From the NCBI GenBank assembly GCA_032718475.1, contig JAUCBJ010002882.1, forward strand, positions 1 through 61,474: a stretch of 61,474 nt of DNA. The letters are read 5' to 3'. Positions 1 to 11,300 of this stretch are shown piece by piece; positions within the stretch are counted from its first letter, which is position 1, and every line of letters begins with the position of its first letter. The position numbers and the translations under genes were made by a program. Below the pieces are notes generated by a model, which had not been told where the DNA came from, searched no databases, and worked only from the letters and a program-made list of their open reading frames with translations. The DNA is from Nemertoderma westbladi (lineage: Eukaryota; Animalia; Xenacoelomorpha).

Positions 1-1953
1 CCGTCGTCTCTCGTCCACCCATTCGACCGCCGAAGCGGGAGTCGCCAACGTTGTAGCGGGCGGACGAGGGACAACGGGCGACAAATCTGGAATATTTCGC
101 TCGGAGTCCAGGGTATGCACTGTCTCATGGACTGTTCTGCTGGGCACAGGTAGCTTAGTGCTGTGCAAAGGGAATTGAGAAGTAGGTTCAGGGAGTACAG
201 GTGTCTCTACTACCGAAAGGGTAGCTTCGGGAACAGGCCTAATTATTTCAGGCTCATCTACTATAGTAGGGAGTCTCTCTATTGTAATTATTTGGTCTGT
301 GGGTTCTGTACTACCTACTTTGGTGTTATTTAGTTGCCTTCTAACAGCTGGAGGCAAATCAGGCAATTTCTGCCGGTGGAATGTTCTTTTACGTCTGCTT
401 AGGCGAGATCGATTTCTTCCGCCTTCAGTGTCGGTGGTATCGCCTTCCTCAGATGATGTATATCCCTGTCGTTTGGGAGTAGATCGATTCATCATCTGCA
501 TATTACTAGCTGTTAACTGTTTATTTATGCAGTCTTGATTCTCCTGAATGTTTTCCAATTCTAATTGGGTGGTTTCTTCAGTCGCTCTCCGTTCGGCTTC
601 TGCCACTGCCTCCCGCTTGCGTCCTTCCGCTTCGGCCGCTGCCTTTGCTGCTGCTACTGCCGCTTTTGCCTCTGCTGCTGCCACTGCCGCTGCCGCTTTT
701 GTTTCTGCTTCTGCCACTGCCGCTGCCGCTTTTGTTTCTGCTTCTGCAGCTGCCACTGCTGCTGCTACTGCCGCTGCTTTTCTGTCTTCTATACGTTTTT
801 TCTTTACTTGTTCTTCTTGTTCTCTAGCGATGCGGAGTTGTTCATCGAATTTAGCTTGGTTCGCCGCTAACCTATCCACATCAATCGCATCTAACACGAG
901 TTTGGCTCCTTCGCTATTAGGGCTAAGTCCCTCTAACCTTCTCCTCAACTCATCATCTCCCAAAAAACGCTGATAGTCTGACAGATAGATATCAATGGCA
1001 TCCTTCTTATGCGGTTTCTCTGCCGTCGCTTCACTTTCCACTTGGGAAAAAATAGCGTCCGTCGATTCTCCATGGGTTGAGCGCTCCTCCAACTGAGCTT
1101 TCCACTGAGCTGCTCCTTGAACCTGGCGACTCACCCGTTGAAACCAAGTTTTTACGGCAACTTGCAACGACGTGTCTTGTTTTCTTTTAGAAGCCTCCTC
1201 AAAGGCGGATAAGATTAGCCTAATCCGCAAAACTCTTTCTCTAACTTGATAAAGCAGCGATCCCTGCTCTTGAGGTCCTTGAGGTTGTTGAAACAGTTGT
1301 CTCTCTACTCGCTCCATAGAGCTGAAGAATCCCTGTGCGTATCCGGCTGCGGACCTCTTCCATACAGCTGGATCGATGGTTTCCTTGGCTACTCCCATCC
1401 GGTGTATGTCTTCCCAGGCAGCTTCTGATAAATCAAACGGGAGTCCGGGTCCGGGGAAGTTCCATTGCGACTCGACAATAGACTTCAGTTCTTCACTCGT
1501 GTATCCCGCGTAGCTATCTCTAGTTGACCGTTGACTTCTCGCCCAATCGATCTGGTGTTCTTCCACCGCGATCAATAACCCAGTGAGCACGGCTGCAGGA
1601 AGGATGAGAAGGGGATCCGTATAAACCGCATCCGTCATCTCTGCTCCGCGCTCGGGTGTCAGCTCTACAGTATCCTCACTACTGGAGCTGCTGGGCCGCT
1701 GAGGAATAAGTTCTTGACTAGCGGGTTGTTGCTGTTCCGCTGCCTTTTGGTCCCGCTTGACCTGAGCTCGAGTGCCTATGATAGACCTACGATGTTGGAC
1801 CAGCCTAGGTTCTGTTATTACTACTGGAGGGATGACCTTCCTCACAGTGGGAGGTGAACTGGATTTACGACCAGACGGTTGTACGTCTCTATCTGAGTCG
1901 CAGATAGTTACATCTAATAAACTGTCTGACAGGTTCTGCTTAGTATCAGACAT
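1..1953 (-). CDS. Long ORF (>=651 aa, open past the window start), probable Gag/ORF1 N-terminal region of a retroelement, with an Ala/Glu/Lys-rich coiled-coil segment
   Basis: Manual minus-strand translation from ATG at 1953 (MSDTKQNLSDSLLDVTICD...) has no stop down to position 1 (...AVEWVDERR); an in-frame TAA lies just upstream of the ATG. Includes REQEEQVKKKRIEDRKAAAVAAAVAAAEAETKAAAAVAEAETK... It is absent from the ORF track because its stop is outside the window. No diagnostic Gag motif is visible, so the product call is inferred from context. Confidence 0.7.
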   Translation of the reverse strand, partial: MSDTKQNLSDSLLDVTICDSDRDVQPSGRKSSSPPTVRKVIPPVVITEPRLVQHRRSIIGTRAQVKRDQKAAEQQQPASQELIPQRPSSSSSEDTVELTPERGAEMTDAVYTDPLLILPAAVLTGLLIAVEEHQIDWARSQRSTRDSYAGYTSEELKSIVESQWNFPGPGLPFDLSEAAWEDIHRMGVAKETIDPAVWKRSAAGYAQGFFSSMERVERQLFQQPQGPQEQGSLLYQVRERVLRIRLILSAFEEASKRKQDTSLQVAVKTWFQRVSRQVQGAAQWKAQLEERSTHGESTDAIFSQVESEATAEKPHKKDAIDIYLSDYQRFLGDDELRRRLEGLSPNSEGAKLVLDAIDVDRLAANQAKFDEQLRIAREQEEQVKKKRIEDRKAAAVAAAVAAAEAETKAAAAVAEAETKAAAAVAAAEAKAAVAAAKAAAEAEGRKREAVAEAERRATEETTQLELENIQENQDCINKQLTASNMQMMNRSTPKRQGYTSSEEGDTTDTEGGRNRSRLSRRKRTFHRQKLPDLPPAVRRQLNNTKVGSTEPTDQIITIERLPTIVDEPEIIRPVPEATLSVVETPVLPEPTSQFPLHSTKLPVPSRTVHETVHTLDSERNIPDLSPVVPRPPATTLATPASAVEWVDERRR

Positions 1954-3325
1954 GACTATGTATACCGTTGAATGTCTACTGCTGTATTACAGTCTGAGTA
2001 AGTCTAGTAACTCAGTATTAACTGCTAGCCTAGTAATTAATTACCGGTACTGCTACTCAGTGTAGCGTGATATATATAATATATTAAATACCGGTATGCT
2101 TATAGTATATATAAGTATATAAGTATTATTACAGACTAGGTTTATCACAGAATACCGGTATAATTTTAGCACAAATATATATAAATATATAATAGGCCTA
2201 TCGGAATACCGGTATACAGCTTACAGTTTGTAGTATATATAATTCTGGAATAGAATTAATTACAAGTACCGGTATAATTTCAGCCTAGATTTATAGAAAT
2301 AAATAATAGGCCTATCGTAAATACCGGTATATCAATTATTTTGGAATAATTGAATTTCTGAACTTTAGGGTTACTTGGTTACTTTAACTTACTTTATTAC
2401 CGTTATTTAAGCAGTAATCCAACTGATATTGAGACCTAATGGTTATATGGTAGGCCTACTATTTATAAATCGTTAGATTTGATTTATAATATATATATAC
2501 CCGTTTTAATGGGTTTTGTCAATGTTTGAAATAAATGTTATTATTTCTGGGGAGTAATCACTACACAAAGCGGTGCGCTTTCAGTGAAGTGTTACGTACA
2601 GGACACTAAAACAAATAATACTAATTTACCTAAGTTACTTAATACTACAAATTACGTACAATTCGGGTTGAGATTACAATCTCTAAATAAACACAAAAAT
2701 TTACAAAAACACAAATACGAATTTTTAGGGTAATTTTACAAGAAGTCTACAAACCAGCCTAACAAAGGGTTAGAAAACCGGTTATTACAACGGACAGGGT
2801 ACTACGGTATTTAAAATAATAAGTAGTAGTAAATACACTGCGTTGTCCAGATAGGAAAATACCACCGCCTGACGACCTATAGCCGTATCGCTATAGGTTC
2901 TACGTTATGTATCACGGAGTGTTCCTACCTAGAAGTTAATAGAGCTAATCGAATGTGCCTATCAACCACTTTACGACACAGATATAATGTCTACAATAAT
3001 TACTTCGGAAAGTACTGTACACTAAACCCTAAATTAGATACGAGTACTTGTATAACAGATAATCAGTAGTTAAATATACTTGAACAGCTAAAAGAACCAC
3101 GGCATCTGCTGGAGTGACCGATGCACAAAATCACCAGTCTTGACCTACGCCGAGCAGCCCGTGTAGTACCGGGGTTAATTTAACTATAGCGGTATGTATA
3201 ACAAACACAATTACTGTAGGAACAAACTTGGGGAATGAATGTTGCGAATAATCGCATAAACTCTGAATAATAAATATTACGCTACGCGTACAAACTACTC
3301 AAACAAAATACAGACCGAACACTGA

Positions 3326-3836
3326 CAGACTACTATCAAGCCTAAACAAACTACGGTATATGCAGACTCCGAAATGATTAGGGAGTATGCGCTCTAACCC
3401 AGTAGTGCGACTTATTCTTTAGTTGGGGGTTTACCTTACAGCGTTCGCTGCCCCTACTGCCTAATCGTACTTAATCGGACAGATGATCTACACACGCGGC
3501 AATCCGTTCAGACCTAATAACAGCCAGACAACTATCCAGCCTACAAATTATCTAAATAAAATTATACGCTACCCGTACAGACTTACACAAACAAAGTACA
3601 GACTAAACGATGGCAGACTACTCTCAAGCCTAAATAAACTACAGGACATGCAGACTCCGAAATGATTAGGGAGTATGCGCTCTAACCCAGTAGTGCGACT
3701 TATTCTTTAGTTGGGGGTTTACCTTACCGCATTGGCTGCCCCTACTTCCTAACCGTACTTAATCGGACAGATGATCTACACACACTGCAATTCGTTCGGA
3801 CTTAACAGCAATCAGACAACAGCTCAGCCTACAAAT
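3326..3836. repeat. Two-copy diverged direct repeat, period 288 bp, in the leader of the left element
   Basis: 3360-3439 is identical to 3648-3727 (80 nt) and 3466-3495 to 3754-3783; the flanks align but are diverged. Confidence 0.95.
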
Positions 3837-4148
3837 CGTCTGCACAATCTGATCAGGTTTACACGCCTTCTGTTCAATACTGGCCTACAAACAAATAAAA
3901 CTTGACAGAAATAAGTAAAATCTCAATAAAAACCAGGCGTCCCCGATTAATTATTAAGACCTACTGGTATATAACAATCAAAATCGAATAATACTGCTGT
4001 AGGTACCGGTCCGGATGATCAGGCAGTCAGGCCTACTGGTTACCGGTCGACCGGTACTTTCGACTTTATTGCTTACTGCAATAAAGAAGCTATATCCTTT
4101 AATGTTCGCGCTTTCAGACCTTTGGCAGTTTAACCCACCAAATTAAGA

Positions 4149-5320
4149 TGTCTTCTAGATATTAAATCTGTTTTTAGTCTATGACAAGTATTTGATTCAC
4201 TACACTAGTCGAAACCAATCTGTGCGCGATCATTCACCCGCTGGATATTCCCGGGATATTGTGTTCGACGGTTTAATTTTATTGCTATGTAAGCCTAATG
4301 TATTATTCGACTGACAGTACTATATAATCTCTGACAATATTATTCACCTTCGGTAATATTAACAGTTCCTTTAGGACGTGGCGCTTTATCTATATAAACA
4401 GAGTTATGACTTAAACTACTCACAACGATATGGCTTAATTATAATTCACATATATGGCGCATTCTTTAGGAATTGCTTCTTTAACAGACTCACTCATACA
4501 CAATGCTGCACAATACTGCACACTAATCTGCCAATCTTCACTGATTTTAATCACATATAAAAGGAACACAGACTGACTCATGTAGGGTCTATCAAATAAC
4601 ATTAGATTCACTTCAAACCACTTTAACATAAGTCACAATCGTTTATCTGTAACCCTTCTCTCTTACCTTCGGTATATCAAGAATATTGGGTTTCGGGGTT
4701 ATTTATCGTTATTCCAAATATAATTATTCATCAACCATATTATGAAGAACTGACGGTAAATAGCAGTATAAAACAACAATGAAAACACTGATTGTTATGA
4801 GTTTGCAATGTTTCAGCAGTCAGCATGTATGATCAGTCAGCAGTTAAAGGATATATGTCCTTGTAATTAAACCTACTAGTGTAAGACTAAAAACAGTAAA
4901 GCACAAAATACTTCCAAGCCGTTCTTTCTTTGGCTCAGGACTGAATGTAAACACTGCACATAGGCATTGCGTCATTTCTCGGAAATTTTCTGTACAAGGA
5001 GCCACAAAAACGCTCTAATTGGCTGACTGAACTCAGAGACGCCGTAGAACAAAGGAAATCAACACGTATGAATGTCAGCTGTTAACCGTAGTCATAGTAA
5101 CTACTGTTCAAGAGTAGCTATCACCCCTTTGCGTCACGAATTGCCATAGAATCATAAAATATGCCTTTCACAGTACACATACGGAGGAAATAGGTCTTAG
5201 ATCCTCTAAAAACACCGATACAGCAATAATACGGTCTCTTACACTTATTAAATCAACTACAGAGTATTTTAATGTAAAAGATAATAAAAATAACGGGGCA
5301 ATTCAGCAAAGGCTTTTACA
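4149..5320 (-). repeat. Candidate 5' LTR (~1.17 kb, TG...CA)
   Basis: TG start at 5320, CA end at 4149, minus-strand AATAAA at 4283-4278. No second copy is available to confirm the inner boundary. Confidence 0.4.
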
Positions 5321-8300
5321 GCGTACCCAAAACAGTTGAGTTAGTAATAATATATAGCACGTAGGTAGCAGCGTACCCAAAACGGGTGAGTTAGTAATAA
5401 TATATAGCACATAGGCAACAGCGTACCCAAAACGGGTGAGTTAGTAATAATATATAGCACGTAGGTAACTGCGTACCCAAAACGTGTGAGTTAGTAATAA
5501 TATATAGCACGTAGGTAGCAGCGTACCCAAAACGTGTGAGTTAGTAATAATATATAGCAAGCTGGTAACTGCGTACCCAAAACGGGTGAGTTAGTAATAA
5601 TATATAGCACGTAGGTAGCAGCGTACCCAAAATGGGTGAGTTAGTAATAATATATAGCACGTAGGTAACTGCGTACCCAAAACAGTTGAGTTAGTAATAA
5701 TATATAGCACGTAGGTAACTGCGTACCCAAAACGGGTGAGTTAGTAATAATATATAGCACGTAGGTAACTGCGTACCCAAAACGGGTGAGTTAGTAATAA
5801 TATATATCACGTAGGTAACTGCGTACCCAAAACAGTTGAGTTAGTAATAATATATAGCACGTAGGTAGCAGCGTACCCAAAACGGGTGAGTTAGTAATAA
5901 TATATAGCACATAGGCAACAGCGTACCCAAAACGTGTGAGTTAGTAATAATATATAGCACGTAGGTAGCAGCGTACCCAAAACGTGTGAGTTAGTAATAA
6001 TATATAGCAAGCTGGTAACTGCGTACCCAAAACGGGTGAGTTAGTAATAATATATAGCACGTAGGTAACAGCGTACCCAAAACGGGTGAGATAGTAATAA
6101 TATATAGCACGTAGGTAACAGCGTACCCAAAACGTGTGAGTTAGTAATAATATATAGCACGTAGGTAACTGCGTACCCAAAACGGGTGAGTTAGTAATAA
6201 TATATAGCAAGCTGGTAACTGCGTACCCAAAACGTGTGAGTTAGTAATAATATATAGCACGTAGGTAACTGCGTACCCAAAACGTGTGAGTTAGTAATAA
6301 TATATAGCACGTAGGTAACTGCGTACCCAAAACGTGTGAGTTAGTAATAATATATAGCACGTAGGTAACTGCGTACCCAAAACGGGTGAGTTAGTAATAA
6401 TATATAGGACGTAGGTAACTGCGTACCCAAAACGGGTGAGTTAGTAATAATATATAGCACGTAGGTAACTGCGTACCCAAAACGTGTGAGTTAGTAATAA
6501 TATATAGCACGTAGGTAACAGCGTACCCAAAACGGGTGAGATAGTAATAATATATAGCACGTAGGTAACAGCGTACCCAAAACGTGTGAGTTAGTAATAA
6601 TATATAGCACGTAGGTAACTGCGTACCCAAAACGTGTGAGTTAGTAATAATATATAGCACGTAGGTAACAGCGTACCCAAAACGGGTGAGTTAGTAATAA
6701 TATAAAGCACGTAGGTAACTGCGTACCCAAAACGTGTGAGTTAGTAATAATATATAGCACGTAGGTAACAGCGTACCCAAAACGGGTGAGTTAGTAATAA
6801 TATATAGCACGTAGGTAGCAGCGTACCCAAAACGGGTGAGTTAGTAATAATATATAGCACGTAGGTAACTGCGTACGTAACTGCGTACCCAAAACGGGTG
6901 AGTTAGTAATAATATATAGCACGTAGGTAACTGCGTACCCAAAACGGGTGAGTTAGTAATAATATATAGCACGTAGGTAACAGCGTACCCAAAACGGGTG
7001 AGTTAGTAATAATATAAAGCACGTAGGTAACTGCGTACCCAAAACGTGTGAGTTAGTAATAATATATAGCACGTAGGTAACTGCGTACCCAAAACGGGTG
7101 AGTTAGTAATAATATATAGGACGTAGGTAACTGCGTACCCAAAACGGGTGAGTTAGTAATAATATATAGCACGTAGGTAACTGCGTACCCAAAACGTGTG
7201 AGTTAGTAATAATATATAGCACGTAGGTAACAGCGTACCCAAAACGGGTGAGATAGTAATAATATATAGCACGTAGGTAACAGCGTACCCAAAACGTGTG
7301 AGTTAGTAATAATATATAGCACGTAGGTAACTGCGTACCCAAAACGTGTGAGTTAGTAATAATATATAGCACGTAGGTAACAGCGTACCCAAAACGGGTG
7401 AGTTAGTAATAATATAAAGCACGTAGGTAACTGCGTACCCAAAACGTGTGAGTTAGTAATAATATATAGCACGTAGGTAACTGCGTACCCAAAACGGGTG
7501 AGTTAGTAATAATATATAGCACGTAGGTAACTGCGTACCCAAAACGTGTGAGTTAGTAATAATATATAGCACGTAGGTAACAGCGTACCCAAAACGGGTG
7601 AGATAGTAATAATATATAGCACGTAGGTAACAGCGTACCCAAAACGTGTGAGTTAGTAATAATATATAGCACGTAGGTAACTGCGTACCCAAAACGTGTG
7701 AGTTAGTAATAATATATAGCACGTAGGTAACTGCGTACCCAAAACGTGTGAGTTAGTAATAATATATAGCAAGCTGGTAACTGCGTACCCAAAACGGGTG
7801 AGTTAGTAATAATATATAGCACGTAGGTAACTGCGTACCCAAAACGTGTGAGTTAGTAATAATATATAGCACGTAGGTAACTGCGTACCCAAAACGTGTG
7901 AGTTAGTAATAATATATAGCAAGCTGGTAACTGCGTACCCAAAACGGGTGAGTTAGTAATAATATATAGCACGTAGGTAACTGCGTACCCAAAACGTGTG
8001 AGTTAGTAATAATATATAGCACGTAGGTAACTGCGTACCCAAAACGTGTGAGTTAGTAATAATATATAGCAAGCTGGTAACTGCGTACCCAAAACGTGTG
8101 AGTTAGTAATAATATATAGCAAGCTGGTAACTGCGTACCCAAAACGGGTGAGTTAGTAATAATATATAGCAAGCTGGTAACTGCGTACCCAAAACGGGTG
8201 AGTTAGTAATAATATATAGCAAGCTGGTAACTGCGTACCCAAAACGGGTGAGTTAGTAATAATATATAGCAAGCTGGTAACTGCGTACCCAAAACGGGTG

Positions 8301-11300
8301 AGTTAGTAATAATATATAGCAAGCTGGTAACTGCGTACCCAAAACGGGTGAGTTAGTAATAATATATAGCAAGCTGGTAACTGCGTACCCAAAACGGGTG
8401 AGTTAGTAATAATATATAGCAAGCTGGTAACTGCGTACCCAAAACGGGTGAGTTAGTAATAATATATAGCAAGCTGGTAACTGCGTACCCAAAACGGGTG
8501 AGTTAGTAATAATATATAGCAAGCTGGTAACTGCGTACCCAAAACGGGTGAGTTAGTAATAATATATAGCAAGCTGGTAACTGCGTACCCAAAACGGGTG
8601 AGTTAGTAATAATATATAGCAAGCTGGTAACTGCGTACCCAAAACGGGTGAGTTAGTAATAATATATAGCACGTAGGTAACTGCGTACCCAAAACGTGTG
8701 AGTTAGTAATAATATATAGCACGTAGGTAACTGCGTACCCAAAACAGTTGAGTTAGTAATAATATATAGCACGTAGGTAACTGCGTACCCAAAACGGGTG
8801 AGTTAGTAATAATATATAGCACGTAGGTAACTGCGTACCCAAAACGTGTGAGTTAGTAATAATATATAGCACGTAGGTAACTGCGTACCCAAAACGTGTG
8901 AGTTAGTAATAATATATAGCAAGCTGGTAACTGCGTACCCAAAACGGGTGAGTTAGTAATAATATATAGCACGTAGGTAACTGCGTACCCAAAACGTGTG
9001 AGTTAGTAATAATATATAGCACGTAGGTAACTGCGTACCCAAAACGTGTGAGTTAGTAATAATATATAGCAAGCTGGTAACTGCGTACCCAAAACGGGTG
9101 AGTTAGTAATAATATATAGCAAGCTGGTAACTGCGTACCCAAAACGGGTGAGTTAGTAATAATATATAGCACGTAGGTAACTGCGTACCCAAAACGTGTG
9201 AGTTAGTAATAATATATAGCACGTAGGTAACTGCGTACCCAAAACGGGTGAGTTAGTAATAATATATAGCACGTAGGTAACTGCGTACCCAAAACGTGTG
9301 AGTTAGTAATAATATATAGCAAGCTGGTAACTGCGTACCCAAAACGGGTGAGTTAGTAATAATATATAGCACGTAGGTAACAGCGTACCCAAAACGGGTG
9401 AGTTAGTAATAATATAAAGCACGTAGGTAACTGCGTACCCAAAACGTGTGAGTTAGTAATAATATATAGCACGTAGGTAACTGCGTACCCAAAACGGGTG
9501 AGTTAGTAATAATATATAGCACGTAGGTAACTGCGTACCCAAAACGGGTGAGTTAGTAATAATATATAGCACGTAGGTAACTGCGTACCCAAAACGTGTG
9601 AGTTAGTAATAATATATAGCACGTAGGTAACAGCGTACCCAAAACGGGTGAGATAGTAATAATATATAGCACGTAGGTAACAGCGTACCCAAAACGTGTG
9701 AGTTAGTAATAATATATAGCACGTAGGTAACTGCGTACCCAAAACGTGTGAGTTAGTAATAATATATAGCAAGCTGGTAACTGCGTACCCAAAACGGGTG
9801 AGTTAGTAATAATATATAGCACGTAGGTAACTGCGTACCCAAAACGTGTGAGTTAGTAATAATATATAGCACGCTAGGTAACTGCGTACCCAAAACGGGT
9901 GAGTTAGTAATAATATATAGCACGTAGGTAACTGCGTACCCAAAACGGGTGAGTTAGTAATAATATATAGCACGTAGGTAACTGCGTACCCAAAACGGGT
10001 GAGTTAGTAATAATATATAGCACGTAGGTAACTGCGTACCCAAAACGTGTGAGTTAGTAATAATATATAGCACGTAGGTAACTGCGTACCCAAAACGTGT
10101 GAGTTAGTAATAATATATAGCAAGCTGGTAACTGCGTACCCAAAACGGGTGAGTTAGTAATAATATATAGCACGTAGGTAACTGCGTACCCAAAACGTGT
10201 GAGTTAGTAATAATATATAGCAAGCTGGTAACTGCGTACCCAAAACGGGTGAGTTAGTAATAATATATAGCACGTAGGTAACTGCGTACCCAAAACGGGT
10301 GAGTTAGTAATAATATATAGCACGCTAGGTAACTGCGTACCCAAAACGTGTGAGTTAGTAATAATATATAGCACGTAGGTAACTGCGTACCCAAAACGGG
10401 TGAGTTAGTAATAATATATAGCACGTAGGTAACTGCGTACCCAAAACGTGTGAGTTAGTAATAATATATAGCACGTAGGTAACTGCGTACCCAAAACGTG
10501 TGAGTTAGTAATAATATATAGCAAGCTGGTAACTGCGTACCCAAAACGGGTGAGTTAGTAATAATATATAGCACGTAGGTAACTGCGTACCCAAAACGTG
10601 TGAGTTAGTAATAATATATAGCACGTAGGTAACTGCGTACCCAAAACGTGTGAGTTAGTAATAATATATAGCAAGCTGGTAACTGCGTACCCAAAACGGG
10701 TGAGTTAGTAATAATATATAGCAAGCTGGTAACTGCGTACCCAAAACGTGTGAGTTAGTAATAATATATAGCACGTAGGTAACTGCGTACCCAAAACGGG
10801 TGAGTTAGTAATAATATATAGCACGTAGGTAACTGCGTACCCAAAACGTGTGAGTTAGTAATAATATATAGCACGTAGGTAACTGCGTACCCAAAACGGG
10901 TGAGTTAGTAATAATATATAGCACGTAGGTAACTGCGTACCCAAAACGTGTGAGTTAGTAATAATATATAGCAAGCTGGTAACTGCGTACCCAAAACGGG
11001 TGAGTTAGTAATAATATATAGCACGTAGGTAACTGCGTACCCAAAACGGGTGAGTTAGTAATAATATATAGCACGTAGGTAACTGCGTACCCAAAACGTG
11101 TGAGTTAGTAATAATATATAGCACGTAGGTAACTGCGTACCCAAAACGTGTGAGTTAGTAATAATATATAGCACGTAGGTAACTGCGTACCCAAAACGGG
11201 TGAGTTAGTAATAATATATAGCACGTAGGTAACTGCGTACCCAAAACGTGTGAGTTAGTAATAATATATAGCACGTAGGTAACTGCGTACCCAAAACGGG

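Larger units (their letters stand above)
1..5320 (-). mobile_element. 5' portion of a probable large LTR retrotransposon abutting the 50-bp satellite
   Basis: Minus strand starts TGTAAAAGCC at 5320, exactly at the satellite edge. Candidate LTR end ...AGACA at 4149 is followed after 8 nt by TGGTGGG (PBS-like, 4140 downward), then a long leader and the long ORF. The second LTR and pol are outside the window. Confidence 0.5.

Noticed and set aside
299-2065. Plus-strand ORFs rich in Ala, Cys or Leu (299, 548, 565, 645, 1246, 1772)
   Set aside because: Antisense shadows of the long minus-strand ORF and its GCA/GCG-rich coiled-coil segment.
2869-2900. Hammerhead ribozyme suggested by CTGACGA followed by a perfect hairpin
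   Set aside because: The required GAAA after stem II is absent (TTCTAC follows), and the surrounding domain folds better on the other strand.
5273-5320. 48-bp unit with 8-bp inverted ends TGTAAAAG...CTTTTACA as a tiny MITE or solo LTR
   Set aside because: No TSD, AT-rich and too short; more simply part of the LTR start.
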